Of a stretch of DNA of 64,000 bases, positions 60,410-64,000 are shown piece after piece. Each line of letters opens with the position of its first letter. Position 1 is the stretch's first letter. The notes below the pieces were generated by a model, which was given only the letters and a program-made list of their open reading frames with translations, searched no databases and was not told the origin of the DNA. Made by a program: the position numbers and the translations under genes. Source of the stretch: Squalus acanthias (lineage: Eukaryota); assembly GCA_030390025.1 (NCBI GenBank), contig CM059438.1:60390001-60454000 (forward strand). The letters run 5' to 3'.

Positions 60410-62735
60410 TGTTACCATGGAATACTAGCTAAGCTGTTCTAGTACAGCTACAACATTGTACATCTACCCGAAAATGTGGAAAATTGTCCAGATATGTACA
60501 ACCCAGCAATTACCATCCCATCAGCCTACCCCCAATCATCATCAAAGTGATGGAATGAGCTGTCAACAATGCTATCAAGCAGCACTTGCTCAACAATAAT
60601 CTGCTCCTGATGCTTAGGGCTGGATTTTGCCAATGGGGAGCTTTTGGAGGCGGGTCTCCCACTTGTCAGCTTTTAGTCCCACCTCCATCGACTTCTGGCC
60701 AACCCATGCTATTTTCCCTTGATTGACCTCGTTAAGCCCACCCAGCGGGCTTCGCAGGCCAATTAAGGGGAAGCCGGTTACAGAGAACATCAGAGTAGGA
60801 CATTTCATCTGTCAATTTTTGACAGATGAATTGTCATCGTTTGATGGCTCTGTGAAGCTGTCAAACACTGACATTCTCTGTAGTTTGATGAGTTCTTGTA
60901 TTCAAGACTCATCAAACCTCTTTTTCTTTAGCAGAAATTAGATGGTTGTTGCATTGGAGAATGCAGCAGCCATCTGTCATCTCTGCCACGGAGATGCAAG
61001 ACTCTCCGCATCCCCAACGATTGAAGCCTGCAGGAAGAAACAAAGGTAAGTAAACTTTTTCTAACACTTTCCACTTACCTCACATACTCACCTCTCCACA
61101 CTTGCACCTATCACTTAGCTTCGCAGTGCACTTTTGTAGCCCTCCAACCCCCGCAGATCCACTACTTCCCTCGGTGACCCTGGTGGGGTTCGCAGCCTTC
61201 GGGAAGCCTGCACTTGTGTGGGTAAAATGGGGATAATCGTCTTATCTGCCTGTTAACTACCTGTTAACAGGCAGTTATGTGGCTGGAATCCCCTTCCCGC
61301 CTCCAGGACACGGGACCCGGCGCAGGTTGGCTACCCGCCTCCTGGGAAGATGGCACGGAGGCGGGTTGGGGGCGGGATGGGCACCTGCCCCCCAGATTCT
61401 GCCATTTTCCCGGCATTCCCGCCTCCAAACCCGCCTCCCCAGAGCTGGCAAGATTGCGCCCTCAGTTTGGTTTCCGCCAGGACCGCTCAGCTGTAGACCT
61501 CATCAGAACCTTAGCCCAAACATGGATACAAGAGCTGAATTCCAGAGGTGAGGTGAGATTGACTGCCCTTGACATCAAGGCAGCATTTGACCAAGTGTGG
61601 CATCAAGGAGCTCTCGTAAAACTGATGTCAATGGAGATCTGGGGGAAAACTCTCCAGTGGCTGGTGTCATACCGAGCACAAAGGAAGATGGTTATGGTTG
61701 TTGTAGGCCAATCATTTCAGCTGCAGGAGTTGCTCAGGGCAGCAACCTAGGCTGCTTCATCAATGACCTTCCCGCCATCATGAGGTCAGAAGTGGGGCTG
61801 GTCGCTGATGATTGAACAGTGTTCCATTCCATTGGCAATTCCTCAGATAATGAAGCAGTCCATGCCACATGTAGCAAGACCTGGACAACCGCCATGCTTG
61901 GGCTGATAAGTGGCAAGTGGCAGCACAAGTGCCAGGCAATGTCCATTTCCAACAAGAGAGAGTCTAACCACCTCCCCATGACATTCAATGGCATTACCAT
62001 CAATGAATTCCCCACCATCAACCTCCTGGGATCATAATTGACTCAGAAACTCAGCTGGACCAGCCATATAAATACCGTGGCTACTAGAAAAAGTCAGAGG
62101 CTGCGTATTCTGCGGCAAGTGGCTCACCGTTTGACGCATGCGCGAAACTTAACATTGGAAAAGCCATTGGCCACGTAGCTTAGAGGGAACATTGCTTTTA
62201 ACTCCCCAAACCCTCTCCACCACCTACAGGCCACAGGTCAGGGAACACTCTCCATTTGCCTGGATGGGTGCAGCTGCAACAATACTCAAGAAGCTCAGCA
62301 CCATCCGGGACAAAGCGGTCTGCTTGATCGGCACTCTATCCATTAATTTTAACATCCACTCCCTCCACCACCGGCGTACCATGGCTGCAGTGTGTACTAT
62401 CTGCAGGATGCACTGCAGCACGTCGCCAAGGCTTCTTCAGCAGAAACTCCCAAACCCGTGACCACCACCACCTAGAAGTACATGGGCAGTAGGTGCATGG
62501 GAACACCATCTCCTCCAAGTTCCCCTCTAATATCCCCATTATATATTGGCATTATTGTCACTCGGTCAAAATCCTAGAACTCCCTACCTAACAGTATTAT
62601 GGGATACCTTCACCACACGGACTGTGGCAGTTCAAGAAGAAAGCCCATCACCAGCTTCTCGAGGGCAGCTTCGGATGGGCAATAAATCCCATCCTTACCA
62701 GCAACGCCCACATCCCGAACAATGATTTAAAAAAA
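60410..62735 (+). mobile_element. Degenerate non-LTR retrotransposon (CR1/L2-group family distinct from the main CR1), split by a Harbinger-like element
   Basis: RT motifs QFGFR, ALDIKAAFDQVWHQG, QGS, ADD; C-terminal IHSLHHRRT. 3' end shared with 28610-28760. Confidence 0.85.
60617..61461. mobile_element. PIF/Harbinger-like non-autonomous DNA transposon (845 bp)
   Basis: TIRs GGGCTGGATTTTGCCA / TGGCAAGATTGCGCCC, 3-bp flanks TTA/TCA. Removing it rejoins the LINE as GATGC-TCAGTTTGG (DAQFGF). Confidence 0.8.
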
Positions 62736-62769
62736 ACAAGACCTTAGGCTTCAGTTTGAGTATTGTGTA

Positions 62770-63200
62770 CAGACTAAGGATAGAACTAGCAGCCCAAAAC
62801 TGGGCATCCACGAGACGCTGTGGACCACCAGCATCAGCAGAATTGTTTTCCACCACAATCTGTAACCTCCTGGCGTGGTACATCCCTCACTGCTCCAATA
62901 CCATCAAGCCAGAGACCAACCGAAGGGCGTGCCAGGAACAGCACCAGGCATACCATGAAGTGTCAATTAATGAAGCTGCAACACTGACTAGCTATATGAC
63001 AAACGGCAAAAGCAGCATGTAAATAACCAAGCAGTCTGACAATCAGTGGATCAGAGCAAAGCTCTGCAGCCATACCACATCCAGTTCAGAATGGTGGTGA
63101 AGAATTAGGCATTGACGGAAGGAAGAGGTCCTATAAACATCCGCAGCCTCAACCACGGCAGAGCCCACAACTTGAGTGCAAGAGATGAGGCTGAAGTGTT
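62770..63200 (+). mobile_element. Further degenerate LINE fragment (upstream ORF2 region of the same family as 60410-62735)
   Basis: Peptide LAAQNWASTRRCGPPASAELFSTTICNL followed by QWIRAKLC-like sequence. Family link is from recall. Confidence 0.5.
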
Positions 63201-63244
63201 TTCAAGTACTAACGTCGTGGTTGCAGTGCTCATCACACCAGAAC

Positions 63245-64000
63245 TCGTGGTTTAAAAACGGTGAGAACTGGGCACTTAATATTCAAGGGTACTTGGTGTT
63301 CAGAAAAGATAGGGAAGGAAAAAAGGGAGGTGGGGTGGCAGTGCTGATTAAGGAAGACATTGTAGTCTTGGAAAGGGAGGATGTTCTTGAGGGGACAAGG
63401 ACAGAATCCATTTGGTTAGAGTTGAGGAGCAAAAAGGGTATGACCACACTATTGGGGTATTCTACAGGCCTCCAAATAGTGAGAGGGAGGTAGAGGAGCA
63501 AATCTGCAGGGAAATCGCAGAGATATGCAAGAGCTATAGACTGGTGATATTGGGGGACTTTAATTACCCAAATATCGATTGGGATAATGCTAGGGTAAAG
63601 GGAAAGGAGGGGGAGGAATTTCTGAAATGTGTTCAGGAGAATTTCCTTGACCAGTATGTTCTTGGCCCAACTAGGAAGGAGGCATTGCTGGATCTGGTGC
63701 TGGGGAATGAGGTGGGCCAGGTCGACCAAGTGTTTGTGGGAGAACACTTTGGTACGAGTGATCATCATATCATAAGGTTTAGATTAGCAATGGAGAGGAG
63801 CAAGGAACAATCTAGAGTGGAACTTCTAAACTGGAATAGGGCTAATTTCAATGGGATGCAAAAGGATCTAGCCAGGGTAAAATGGAACCAAAGACTGACA
63901 GGAAAATCTGTAACGGGACAATGGGTGATCTTTAAGGAGGAGATGTTCCAAGTACAGACTAGGTACATTCCAACAAGAGGGAAGGGTAAGGGAACCAAAG
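63245..64000 (+). mobile_element. CR1 ORF2 endonuclease (APE) region, degenerate; runs off the right edge
   Basis: Peptide WALNIQGYLVFRKDREGKKGGGVAVLIKE...ESIWLEL, then GDFNYPNIDW, LLDLVL and SDH motifs. Confidence 0.9.

Overview
Vertebrate nuclear DNA, most likely a cartilaginous fish (shark), judged from its repeat families: abundant CR1 LINEs, SacSINE1/DeuSINE-like SINEs, an HE1-like SINE piece and Penelope elements. Positions 1-12345 are a C/A-rich tandem array of 21- and 28-bp units built from 7-bp modules, with nested 1852-bp and 6581-bp higher-order periods. The array lies upstream of the last two coding exons of a GM2 ganglioside activator (GM2A-like) gene (+, 13548-13730 and 17139-17294), probably inside its intron 2. 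An L2 LINE appears to have split the splice acceptor of the first of these exons. The intergenic region holds two retroelement nests. One is L2 > CR1 > Penelope fragment > hammerhead-type mini-element. The other is a Penelope-like element with a pseudo-LTR and hammerhead ribozyme motifs, interrupted by a young CR1 with an uninterrupted 728-aa ORF and by a Tx1-clade LINE. A complete WDR31 gene follows (+, 9 coding exons, 38913-57939, 343 aa) with a probable CpG/ETS promoter near 37540-37660. Its intron 4 carries two short Penelope-derived fold-back elements with target-site duplications and hammerhead cores. All family names come from recall of consensus features, not database searches, and repeat boundaries are approximate unless a junction is quoted.
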